Source: Balanoglossus misakiensis (taxonomy: Eukaryota; Animalia; Hemichordata). From it: 64,000 nt of DNA. Each line of letters begins with the position of its first letter. Position 1 is the first letter of the stretch. This document shows, piece after piece, positions 24,747 to 37,330 of this stretch. The position numbers and the translations under genes were made by a program. Location: the NCBI GenBank assembly GCA_040954595.2, contig CM082578.2, positions 12,214,520 through 12,278,519 of the forward strand. The letters are read 5' to 3'. A model generated the notes under the pieces. It worked only from the letters and a program-made list of their open reading frames with translations. It searched no databases and was not told where the DNA came from.

Positions 24747-27151
24747 GATACATTTGGACCTGTAAGTATTATAAGGGATAGCAATCTTATAAAAAAAACA
24801 GAGAAAATTATATGAAAGTTGTTCCTCTCAGTTTATTTATTTTATATACATGTATTTATGTATTTGTTTTCCTGTTTCTTAACTAAGTGTAATGCTTACA
24901 AAAAGGTCTCAAAATATGTATAACCAATGCCCCACCGTTAAATTCCCTAATGACCGCTATGTAATCTAACCAACACGCCGTTGGATACATGTATTTTTAG
25001 GAGGTGGCCCAGGGACATCGGTTGCTCCTAGATACGGTATAAGCGACTTAGAATCTCCACCCATGTAGTCATGATGTTGCGATATGAATGTGTAGAGATG
25101 AATTTATTAAACAGATATAAAACGTGTAAAGTCATCTATCGGAGTAGCCATCGAATCGTGTGCGTCTAAAATCAAAGCTGTTCCCATTCGAAAATACTAG
25201 TATTTTACAAGTTTTTTTGTCGTTTACTTATATTTGGTGCAAAATCTCGGCTGTACTGCTAAGTATAAGTGTTGAAGCTAGCCTCACAATCGCGCATGTG
25301 CAGTCGTGTCCTACACGCTCATATCAACGGACTCTACATCCCTAGTACATGTACCATGCAAGTTAAATACACTTCCAAGGAATTGTAACAACAGGCTTAA
25401 TTACTGAGAATGGACGGTTTATTTTCAGTGCAGTGGTTATAAATATACTAAAACTGCAGACAGAGATATACATATATTAACTCTCTGGAATGAGAGAAAC
25501 GATTTCTTACAGACATCCTCTAGAGAAACTAACTCTTTAATCTCAAACGCCTTTTTTTCTGTTGTCTTCATCTCTTGAGTCTTTTGGTCAAAGTGCAAAG
25601 TTCAAACAAGATTCTCAATCATTGGAGTAGGTTCAGCTGGGGGGGGGGGGGGGCAATGACCAACACATTTATGATAAGGAGGATAAACTTTAGAGAAAAA
25701 TGAACAAACCGATTCTTACATCTCCTTTTATAAAGACCCTGGCATGTATAATGACGTCTAATAGCTTTTATAATATATTCTTCTCGAAAGCAGATGGTGG
25801 CCTCCATCAGTTTGTCACTATTAATTCATACTTATTTCTAATTTAGTAAACAACTATAAAAATAAAAGTCTCTTTGTACAAATAAACTGTTATGGTAAAT
25901 ATACTCTCTGCTCGACAAAGTTGGGCATTGTTATAATACACAGTATTACCTAAGCGCCTGTCTACAAAGCATTTGCAAAATAGTTAGAATTGTGATAAGC
26001 GACAGTTGCAAATGTTTCAAATAAAACAAATAAACTTTTTAAAAATTTACCCTGTTGTGGAAAGTAGCAGCTGCGTGTGTTTGAAAAATCGAAGAATTAA
26101 TTAGACCTGTTTGTGCCACTGGGATGAAAATAAGTTTTTGATTTTCGTAGGCGAATAATTAAAGCCAAGCGTGATAGGCTCATGTGTCAGAGTTTCTGGT
26201 TGACCAGATGATCACACACTAGTATCAGTGTGAAAACTTCAGATAGAAGTTCATTTTTTCTGATTATGAAAGATCGGTACATCGATAACTTCATCAAAAG
26301 TACAGCACCTAACATGTACCCTGCAGCCTGTATAACTACCGTGTGTACATCTCTACAACTTAAAAAACACCCTTGGGTTGAAATTACACAAATAAAATAA
26401 AAGTCAATATGTCAAGTAAAAAGACTAAAATAACCAGTTTACAGGCTGATGAAGGATATCATAAATAAATAAAAACTGTACAGTATGAACCCTGACTGTA
26501 TTAACAGACCTACATCTTTAAACAATACTGAAATATACATCCAAATACAATATATACATGTAATATTTAAAATGTAATGTTTAGATTCTGTACAATGTGT
26601 GTGAAATACCTTCCAATTATATACAAATAGACTTTCTGTAAACTTAAAACCGGAATAAATATGAAAATTTACAAAACACGAAATATTCCCTGATATTTTA
26701 GGTGTTAAGATTTCATTTGGCTAGGTTTAACTGTGATCATTATTATTGTGATGAATCTGGCTCGGAAGAAAACATTTCACTTGACATCATAGGTTACCAG
26801 TTGTCACGGTGCAAATTTTATAATTTCGACTTACATTCTTTCTTTAAGGTATATGATTGTGACATATCGTTGAATCATGATGGACGGAAGATCGTCTTGC
26901 ATACTGGATTCCCTGTGACATCACTTTTCCACAATTCTGCCATATACAATTGGTCATATTGACAAATAATTTCATTTCAGGAAATTAGTTTTACACCTTG
27001 ATATATCTACAATTTACAGCGTAGCGAAGACAGTTTATCCCACCGTCAATGGGTCAGTCACACTGAAACCCAAATCACAAGGAGTAATAAATACAGGTGC
27101 TTGTACACCAATACACAGACAGCTCGTTTTCCCTCTTTCTGCCATTCACCA

Positions 27152-30100
27152 TTACACCAAGAATCCACTGCGCGTTGCTGAGGATCCAGGACGAGATGAC
27201 ATTGGACTTCTGGATTTCTTGATATTGGCCGCCTTGGATCCTTTGGTTCCTTGTTCAGCGAGTCTGTGTCTGGCATTTCTACTTATGACCTGGAAGGGGG
27301 GGGGGAGAGGAGGGGGTTGGTGAACAATTACACATATGGTATACTTTATTCTTCAGTGTTATGTTGTGTTGTTTTTCATTGCAATGTATACTTTATATTT
27401 CTTTTCTTTAAAAGCACTGATTATTCACATTAAAATCTCAAACACGTAAACTGCTTACTTTCCAGTCCTGTAGGGAACGTCTGACTGAGGTCGGGTCTTC
27501 AGAGTTTGTCAGGGACTGTCCTTTGAATGTCGGTTTGACGATCATCAAACAGGGACATGTCTCTATGTCTTCACCCGTATCACCTTGTAATGCTTCACTT
27601 ATGGAAGCGTACGACTTCCTGTGGAGACACAGTGAAAGCAGTTATTAACAGACAGACTTTCTATTATTCTAATCAGGACACCTCAAGATTAATTAAAATA
27701 ATACAATCACCTCTAATGTACAAGGGCATTTCTAAGTTCCTATTGACCACACTAATCATCGCATGGGCGCCTATGTAAAAAATTATGATTGGTAGGATTT
27801 CTGCTTTCAAGGGTAACTGTGTATAAATTTGCATAGGCAATAGACAAGGCTTTTATATCAGACTTACTTGGTACCCGATTCTGATTCCATGTCTGACACA
27901 CTCCCATTCTGCATCGGCCGTGTCTGGTACTGCGGTTTGGTGCCAGGAATTGAATACCCCTCTTGGTATTTCATCAGCTCCTTCTTGCTGCACGACCGCT
28001 CCAAAACCATGATTATTTTGGCCCACTGCGAAGTCATACACAGGCGATAAAAAAGAAAAGGGAGTCTTGATTAGCTATACAGATGTGTGAGGGCGCTATA
28101 TGAATAAACAGTCTATTGTATTGCTTTGCAATAGTGAAATTTCCCCTATGTATTGCTTACTTGGTGATTTTCATACTCACTCTTACCATGATTTGACTAA
28201 TGCAAAAGCAGTTCAGCCGCATTGTTGCATTGACCCTATATGTATCTTACCTGTCGCTGCCACTCCCTTCTGGCCTTGACCTTGATGATTTGGTAAGTAT
28301 TTGACATCATGGCTACATGCAAAAAATGAATAAAACAAATACTGAACAAATGAAAGAGTAGAGGCATGCTCCATGGTACTACATGTATGTCATCAAGTAC
28401 TCCAGTCCAGGTTTTACTGTATACTGATTCAATACAATGTTACAATAACAGTCAGACGAAGGCTCCCTGCTTGGGCAAGAGGGGCAACGTGAAAGTGTCC
28501 ATGCACCTTAACTGTTGGAGCACACGACTTACCGATCAACATGTTGAGGAGCAAAATGGGAACCAGGATCATGAAGAGGCACAGAAGTATCTTGGTCAGT
28601 GCAGGAATTCGACTTTTATCGATTTCATCATCCTGTCCAGAACAAACAACATGAAATCACTTTGCATTTAAAAAGTCTTGGAAAATCTTCTGATGATTAT
28701 TATGAAAAAATGTGTCATTTATTCCCACGACAAGGTGATGGCATGTTGATGTTTAATATTGCATGATGTCATCATTTTCATTAACGTGATTGCATCGAAA
28801 AAACAACTTGAAGGGGAAATTGATCTTTGCCTACCTCTCCGCTGATTAATGCCTGTAATGATTGGAAAAAAAAGAAGAAGACATAACATTAATGGTCTTG
28901 CGTATATTATATGACAAAAAGCACCAGGATGTATTGTAAAGTCATGGAGGGGTCGCAAAATCTACCAAATAAGCTGACAGTATCCATAGTTTCCTCACCT
29001 CAAATTCACCGAAGGTCATGTGATACAGACTCATCCAGGTGCCGTATGGAGTGTCAAATGTCTCCACCTGGTCACCAAGCCCCTTGAACGGATAGTAAAA
29101 TGCTGCAACCAAAATAGTTAAAATAGTTAAAGCAACAAACAACAGAGTGAGAGTCGAACTATTGTGAATTTGTGTAAACATCAATAGACGTTATACATAT
29201 ATACGGCATCTGTTAAGATTTTTTACTTGTCACAGTTGTTTTACAGAACACAGAAAACATGAGATAAAAAAAATAATTGTCTAGAGATTTTCGTAAAATC
29301 ATTGCACAAGGAAAAATTACAAGGAATTAATACAACCCGAAGAATCATATTTTTTTTAAACTGTACATACCAGGTGAGAAAGCTGAGAGCATTGTGATCC
29401 ATATGATACTGAATGGAAACAAATCTCCCATTGTCATCTTGTAAATCATGGTCACAAAGGGTCCAAGTGTCTCCAGGCCCCTACAACAGAAATCAAGTGA
29501 TTATTTTTTAGTGACTGTGATTTTTCAATGTTCTGTCTTGCTCTGGAGTGGTGCTGTCTCTATAATTAACCTATCTGAGAGCTGAATTTGTGCAAAATGT
29601 ATTGAAAAAAGCATGGTTAGTTTGCATGTCAGTGCTGAGATTTAACACCAACTCACCTGTAGAAAAACATGATATAACCCCAGGCCATCGGCACGGCGAC
29701 GAGTGCCAGGCTGTCCTCCACAAGGCGGAAGGAGGCAAGTCGACACGGCAGGCAGAGTATAAACAAGAAACAGGAAACTAGAAAAAGTGTCTTGGCTGGC
29801 ACATAAAGCTGAAACAGGGAAGAAAGAAAAAAGAATTTATGGCTATCCACGACCATTACATCTATTATATACCGGTAGAGGATATTTTTTACTTCTTAGA
29901 TTTCACTTGCCCGAACACTTTTTGTGATTTGCAGTTGTTCAGTTGTAGTGTGATGTATATGTGGAAGAGGTCTTCACTGTATGTCGTCCCCCTTTCATCA
30001 CCATGGTTCAGTCCAAATCCACTGTTTTGTATGGTCAATTTGAACCTTTGAAGAGGGAACTGGGGGTGTCCGGCCAAGTTTATTGTACTCACCAGTGACT

Positions 30101-32821
30101 TGAAGTATCCCAGCTTCGCAGCCTTGATGTTGAAAATTTCGAACACCAGGTATATCGCACAGTCAATCAGAAGGATCAGTTCGGCTATGTAGCGGACCTG
30201 TACGGTGAAGCAGGTCACCACAAGTTAACTTTGATCACACATTGGTACCAGTACACTACTGGCTTTCAGTCTTACAAACATATAAATGTTAACACTGTAC
30301 TATATGGCTAGCAAGGATATCATTTTGGCAAATTACCACACAGCATGGGTATATATACAGTACCTATGTACATACTGACATAGCTTTGTGAATTCAAATA
30401 TAAATACTTACTATGTCTTTAGTATCTGTTCCACTAAGTAAGTCTCCACTTGGTCGCAGGTACACAGCCACGCTCAACACAATGAGATGGAGAAACGCCA
30501 GGATAAATCGAGTAATAAACTGTCTCTGAAAATAAAATAAAACAATTTGCAATAATTTTTATGTCTTATTTTTCTGACATTTGCCCGTAAAAGTGCATCT
30601 TCAATGTGGTTGTCAGTAGATCTCATTTTATTCGAGATTTGTGTGTTTGCCCAATGCATTTGTTGTTGCTGGGTTTTTTTAATGTCATCACTCACCTTTG
30701 CAAACACTTGCCATTTTTCCTGTAGTAGGAGGTAGACGACACCGCCCTCTACCATTTCTATGTGTTCCTCATCATCGCTGCCAAACACAATAACAGACAA
30801 GGCGGAGTCTAAATCTGCGAGGGAAAATGAAATGACTGAGAATTTTAACACTGTGATTCAGATGGCATCAAACTAAAATTATTGTTTTGTAAGCAACCTA
30901 AAAATAGGAAAATAGACGTTTATAACATTCAAATAATTCCACATGTACAGTGTGAATCTGGTATTCTTATCTTGGATTCTTTGTTTTCACCTGACAGTGA
31001 CATGAATCTCAGTTTGACACGGTGAAACATTGCAGGTCATAGTGTTCAAGTGTGTACATATGTCAGTCGCATGCAATTACTCAAGATTAAAGCATATACA
31101 AGAGATACTACTGACTGAGCTCTCCGTTCGCCGTGATGCTGTCCACGTCCTCCAGCGGGTACGTGACGCACTGCAGAGTTCCGAACCGCCACAGCGTGTT
31201 GCTGGTGTACTCCATCATTGCCTGGAAGAGTTGACCCCGACCCAGCTTGCAGGCCAGCGCCATGGCCGTCAGCCCCGCCTCGTTCTTGATGGTGGGGTCG
31301 GGCGCCACTTTGCAGCGCATGACGTTCTGATACATCTCCTGTCAAACGGGATTTCAGAGGAATAAACATGATGCATGAGGAACGTGGCCCTGCTTGTGTA
31401 CTCACTGCCGACATTAAGTAAACACATCTTTTATTGGCAACAGGGCAACAGAGGTATACAAGGACTCAAACAAACTTTTGCAACAAGATGGACTCACCAG
31501 TCTGTTGTGAATGACGACCATGTGAAGTACGGTGTTGCCGAAGGAATCCTGGTTATTGGGATCCACCTTGCCATTATGGTCCCAATCCATCAAATAGTTG
31601 TAAATTTCGATATGGCCGAATGACGCCGCGAAATGGAGGGCGTACTCCCCGTAGTAAGCGTAACCGAAGTAATTGGTGTTCTTCCTCGACAGAATGGTGT
31701 CCTTTTGATCCTCGGGAAGGAAGAACCGGCCAGAGGCACGCTGATCCAGCACTGCGCCGTTTTCCACCAGGAACTTCACAGATTCAAAGTCGCCGTTGAC
31801 TATGGCAATGTGAAGGCAGTTTTCTCCTGTCAAGAGAAGGGGTGATTTGTCATTTGTACAGTCAAATTCGACAGCGAATATCCAGTGAACTTGTTTCTTA
31901 TAAACAGAGAGTTCTGTTATAGAAGTGTGACATGACAACATTTAAAGTATAACCAATATAGCAATTGTACATCCTAATAATTAAACATCTTACCATAGTA
32001 CTCTTTGCCCTCATAGATATCCATTCCAAGATCTGGGTACATGTTGATCAAGATTTTGGCGATGTTCTTGTGGGCCTCAGTATTGTTCAGGTAACAGATA
32101 TGCAAAATATGTTCACCGACTCCGCCACGCTTGTCCAGATCCCAGCATGCCCAGTGATTTCCACTTTGTTTGTCCCGGCTGTTATTCTGTTTCAGACGAT
32201 TGATAATGGTTGGCTGTGTATTAGTTGGCAATGCAACACTTGCACACAAGACAGGGGCCTCAGTATGAATTACAAGTTAAACAAAAAACACTCAAAAGAA
32301 AGTTTGTATGCCAAAATAAAATTAACTGATCGTGATCTGATGCCCTTTAATAGTACAAAATGAAATGCTTTCCCTTAGTTCTCCCCATATTAGAAAAAGT
32401 TCTTTAAGAAGTATATTCCTTGAAGTTTCTTTTTACCAATGAAAAATGCTGATAAACAGGTCACTTTGAAGAATCAATGTCTCTTCAATTGATCAGAGAA
32501 CAAAACTTTTGTCCGTCAAGGTTGACCTCATTACACAAAAGAAACGGTCTTAAAAACTCCACAATGACATGCTTTGTGATTTACCGGTATCTCACGAGGA
32601 TGGCCCTGTGGGTGGTACAGGAACTGCGGCAGTTGTCCTCTGACCGCTTCCCGGAATGCGCTCTCGTCGTTTTTCTGATAGACGTCGAATAGCGTCCCGC
32701 CACTTTTGAGGTTGATCAGCTTGTACACCGGGTTCTTCGCCATCTGCTCGTTCTGCTTCTTCCATTCCTCATCCGGATCCTCCTCGCTCTCCCCGTAGCA
32801 GTTTGCCAGACGGTTCCCCAT
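27152..32821 (-). CDS. TRPV-family cation channel (Inactive/OSM-9/Nanchung group), ~15 coding exons, complete
   Basis: Ankyrin repeats (RGGVGEHILHICYL, EYYGENCLHIAIVN, YGEYALHFAASFG, QDSFGNTVLHMVV, GLTAMALACKLGR), LLQEKW linker, S5-pore-S6 (WMSLYHMTFGEFE...FMILVPILLLNMLIAMMSNTY), TRP helix (EWQRQWAKIIMVLERS); last exon 27289-27152 ends ...RSGFLV*. Confidence 0.93.
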
Positions 32822-35225
32822 CGTTGCGTCACGCCTCGATCTGTGAAAGCAGGCATTTTGTGGGATTCAAAAAAGACTGATTGATACATTCTATTAAAAA
32901 GAAAAATATTGTTGCTTGTGCCTGGCACACTTAAATTTCTGACCAATTTTTCGTACAAAATGACCTGTGTATGGAAATTGTGCAATTGGCTTGAGACAGA
33001 ACCCAGTTGGTTGGAATCAGTGTGCGCCATACGACAAGTGACACGGGTCGACCCGAGCATCAGATCTGGCTGTGACAATAGACTGAATGCAAAGCAACTG
33101 AGGCGTATCTCTTTTTTATTATTGCGACAACAAGCTGACCCTACAGATTAGAAATCAATAATTGTGAAAGTGACCCAAAATGCACGTACTACCACATACA
33201 AACTGTCACTGAAGATAATCACAAAAAGTGAAGGAAGAGTCTGTTCAGCGACAGCAAACTTTTTTGGTGGTTTGACACCGGGAGGCAAGCCAAAAGAAAG
33301 CCCCATACATTACACTTATGAACTCCTTGGCCCAACCCACTGGCATTTGCTTTTCACATGTAAACACGCAACAAAAGACGTTCTGGTTTTAAGTTACTGT
33401 ACAAGTAAGCTACGGAGCAAATTCAACATTTTGTTGAAAATGAAAGTGAATATTAAATATACTACCAACTCTCACACTCAATAAAAAATACACCTCACAA
33501 ACCCGAAGAGAGAATAGCTACCCGAGATGTGAACTTCTGGAAGCTGCTTGGTTGTGGTAGGCATGTCAAACAAACAAGGTGTTGCAGCAAAAATAAGTCA
33601 ACAGTAATGTAGACATATGTCAAATATTAGCACAGTAAGTATGACTGCTTGAGAAATCAGTAGGTGCTTGCACAACCTATACGCTGGTAGTGGTTAATTG
33701 TAAATTTATGTTTGAATTCTCGGGGGGGGGGGGGGGGGGGGGGGGTCGGCATATACTGGCCTCCAAATTATGAGGTATACTGAAATTGGCTGATCTGTGC
33801 TTCAGTTGGATAAGTTAAATGAAAGGTTTAATGATTAACATTCGGCCGCAGTTGGAAAAAATCCACTTATCAGAAGATCAACAGGTGTTTATTTTGAAAA
33901 ACTTTAAATGTGGAAAAATATCCCTCAGAGCCATTGCATTAACACAAACTTATCTGATTATTATTGAAAACTCATATCTCTGGAGAAGATCTACTGGTGG
34001 ATATAAATCAACATTTTGTCAGAAATAGCCCTTTAATGCATGGAGGGGGGGGGGGACAAAACGTGTCACATGTATAGTCACTATGGGTCAAAGGGCAAAG
34101 GTTAAATTAATTTTGACTTAATAATATTCCAGTAATTTCCCTGGCTTTTCTGAAGTTCGCACTTTACCCATTTATGGTTATAAAATAACACCGCACAAAG
34201 TTATTCGACTCCCGCGGTTGTGTCTGTTCCGGTCATACGAAATTGCACCAACAGGTCACTCTCACTTTTTGTTATGAACGTCAATGGCGATGGCGTCCCC
34301 GTTGTGAAGTGGATCCCGCCCGCCCACTCTGCATCGATTATCGTTATTAAAATGATTATGTACAATCAGTTTACATGCCCAAGACATTTCACGATGACTT
34401 ACCCGGTTCAAATATGTCTTGCGATCGTTCCGACAGAAATGGATCGCGTGTGATCGAGACTAATGCAGCCGGTGGAGGTGTTTTCAATCATACAGCTGTT
34501 GTGACAACACTCCAATCAACACATGATACGTTCGGAGAGATTCGGATAGAAATTCCCAATGTACGTTTCACCACATCGCGACATGGTCATTTCGTTGGCT
34601 GCCAACAGAATGTATCTTTAGATGTCTGACGTAGCGCTGAACTACAAACTGGCAGAACCACCCAGAACCACAATCGATTGCAATCAATCAATAACACCTC
34701 GCTCCTCCAGATATTCGCTTTCACTTCTTTGCCAAATCATCTCGCTCTCATGAAATAACCGTAGGTGGCGCTGCACACACGCACAATACATGAATTTACA
34801 AAATACCAAGCCCAATATTCAGTGATACAAGTTTATTTAATATTTTTGCATTGTCATAAAGTGCACTGTATATACATACATATTTCAGTGTTTACAGCCT
34901 ATCAATGTGTCACAATGGCATACATGCACACTCTAATCCACAGTACTTAATATTCCATACAATATTTTCATTTCAAAACAAATATAACATACACAAGGAA
35001 TGACTTAAGGAATTAAGGAACCACTTAAAATGGTTAAGTTGAGTGAAGTTAAACCAAACATCTTTCTGGCAGAAAACATCACATCACATCCTAAACAGAT
35101 TTCAAATTGTAAAGACTAAATCAAACAAAACCAAGTCACCAATCACGGCTTATTGATAAAAAAAACACATAGAAATGGACAGGATTCTTTTCAAGCATGC
35201 AGTACTAAATCAGAACATTTTGTCT

Positions 35226-36652
35226 TCATTTGATTTTGTTCTTCCGCGATCCCCCATCATACAGCGACTGGGCAGCGCTCATGTTGCTTGCAGCGTGGAT
35301 GATCATACACAGTGGTATAATTATCCAAAACATGTTGAGACAAACGAAATAGAACCAGAAGTAGAGAGGATGCCACATCTCGTTGTGTATAAAGCCGTCA
35401 AAGAGTTCGGTGCAAAAGTACAGAGTACATCCTGCAGGAGAGACAACAGACAATTAATAATTGAGGATTATCCCTGGTGTCTACATGTGTTCTGAGCTGA
35501 AAACAGATGACCTCGTTTGCTACATGTCACTTTTTCATTAACTTACCATACAGCTGACCTGTTGAGACCAACATCTGTACGATGTATCTGTAAGGCTTCT
35601 TGTAGAGTGTGGCATAAACTACCAGAAAGCAGCCGGGTCCTTCCAACACAGCTGTTAATGTTTCCATGCACACAGTAAAGTTATCTGAACTGTGGAGGGG
35701 AATACAAAATAATTTATCTTACGCAAAATGTCTGAGAATGTTTTTAAACAAGCAAGCAATATGTATATGCGAATGTTTTGTTTTGTTTCTCTATAATATA
35801 AAATTCAATTGAGCCAGATGAACTCTTGTGAGTCAATAACTTTGGCTAATGTTGGGTTGGGCTGTGTCTGAACAGGGTAAAAACTGTTCCATCAAATGAC
35901 TAATAGAAACTTACATAATGTAGCGGGAATCTCCCTTCCCATATTCTTTCCCTGTTGAAGAATATAAATGCAATGAAATGTACAGTAATTAAATGGGAAT
36001 ATTCAAAGCTTGCAATTGTAACAACGCCATGTTCTTCAGCTGGTAATAACAGTCTTAGCATGCATGGAAATCAATTTTTAGAAATTGTATTGTATTGCAC
36101 AGATCATCACAATGGTCTGATAAGGAACAATGGATGCACTGAACTTTAGAACCTACAGGTAGTACTGTAGGCTGGAGTATATACATGTATTGCATCATAA
36201 CATTCTAGTAGTCTACATGTATTAGGCTTGAGTATATGCACGATATATCATTTGAAGTACATTGTACATGTATACTCATATCCCCACCCCCATATAAGCC
36301 ATCACCCCTGCACCCCCCCTGCCCCCAGGCATTAGCAATTACATATGCACTTACAGAGTTGTGATAAAACGTGTTGATCACCGGCTAACACGTCGTGATA
36401 GGCGCCGAAGTATCCCTCGAGTATCGAATGGATAAACCCACACAGGGCGAACCAACATAGATGTAACCTAGCGGCCGTTGACAGTTTGGGTTTTGTCCGT
36501 ATTCCGGTACAGAGCCATGTGATTATGATAATTACACCGAACGATCCGAAGACCGTAACAAGTAACTGGGATTGTGATAAGGTGTTGGCGACATAATGAG
36601 GAATAACCAGGCTGCGAGGATAATACGGATGCGATACGTTGGCACTGACCAT
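35226..36652 (-). CDS. EBP: 3-beta-hydroxysteroid delta8-delta7 isomerase (emopamil-binding protein); exons 36652-36355, 35951-35915, 35689-35547, 35431-35226
   Basis: HPYYP...LCWFALCGFIHSILEGYF...LSQL|WKEYGKGDSRY..DNFTVCMET...GQLYG|CTLYFCTE..DGF.H.E..HPLYFWFYFV.LNMFWIIIP: EXPERA/EBP motifs. Confidence 0.95.
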
Positions 36653-37330
36653 GATGAATAGCCAAGTAAAATCTCAATTTCAGGTTACAACAGTGTTACA
36701 GACACCCAGGCAATTTCTGTGATACAGCAATGTACCGGTATCAAACTCGATCAGGTGACTTCAGGTCATAGTTCACTACTCATGTGACAAGATGGGAACT
36801 GATTGGTTGATTCGACTCGTACCAGTATTTTGTAAGCCAGTGGCTGAGGATAAACCCTTTTTTCCACGCCCTCCGCAATTCCCACTTTCATCTCTACTAC
36901 ACGTAAATGAGAAGAATTACATTTTGAGTAAATTACTGCAGTTTCTTTGTGTAATATAATTTTATTGATTCGATTTGATGGGTTTCCTGACTCGTGACTC
37001 TTTACTTCTGAATATTTATTTCATAATGTCAATCTGATTTGTCTTCCCATTTTGTATTCGTACAGATGCACGGATGTCTCCTCGCACTCGCCAGGAGCAG
37101 CCGAAGTAAAAACCATTGAAACGACCACACACATACTTCCCTTTAAAATAAACCTGACCTTGTACGTTTGAACTCTGTTGACCCCATGACCCAGAATTAC
37201 CCACAGTTCAATATTCAAAATGGATGGCGGCAGGAGGGGAAATGTTGTTTGTACGCTAAAAGTGACTGTCTACCTCCCAGTATGCCGTTAAAATCAAGTA
37301 AAATCTGATTATAACTTGGAAAACGTCAAT
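36653..37330. promoter_or_regulatory. Bidirectional promoter between EBP and BAP1
   Basis: Divergent ATGs ~680 bp apart; relatively CpG-rich; ATTGG (CCAAT box) at 36802-36806; YY1-like GATGGCGGC at 37223-37231. Confidence 0.7.
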
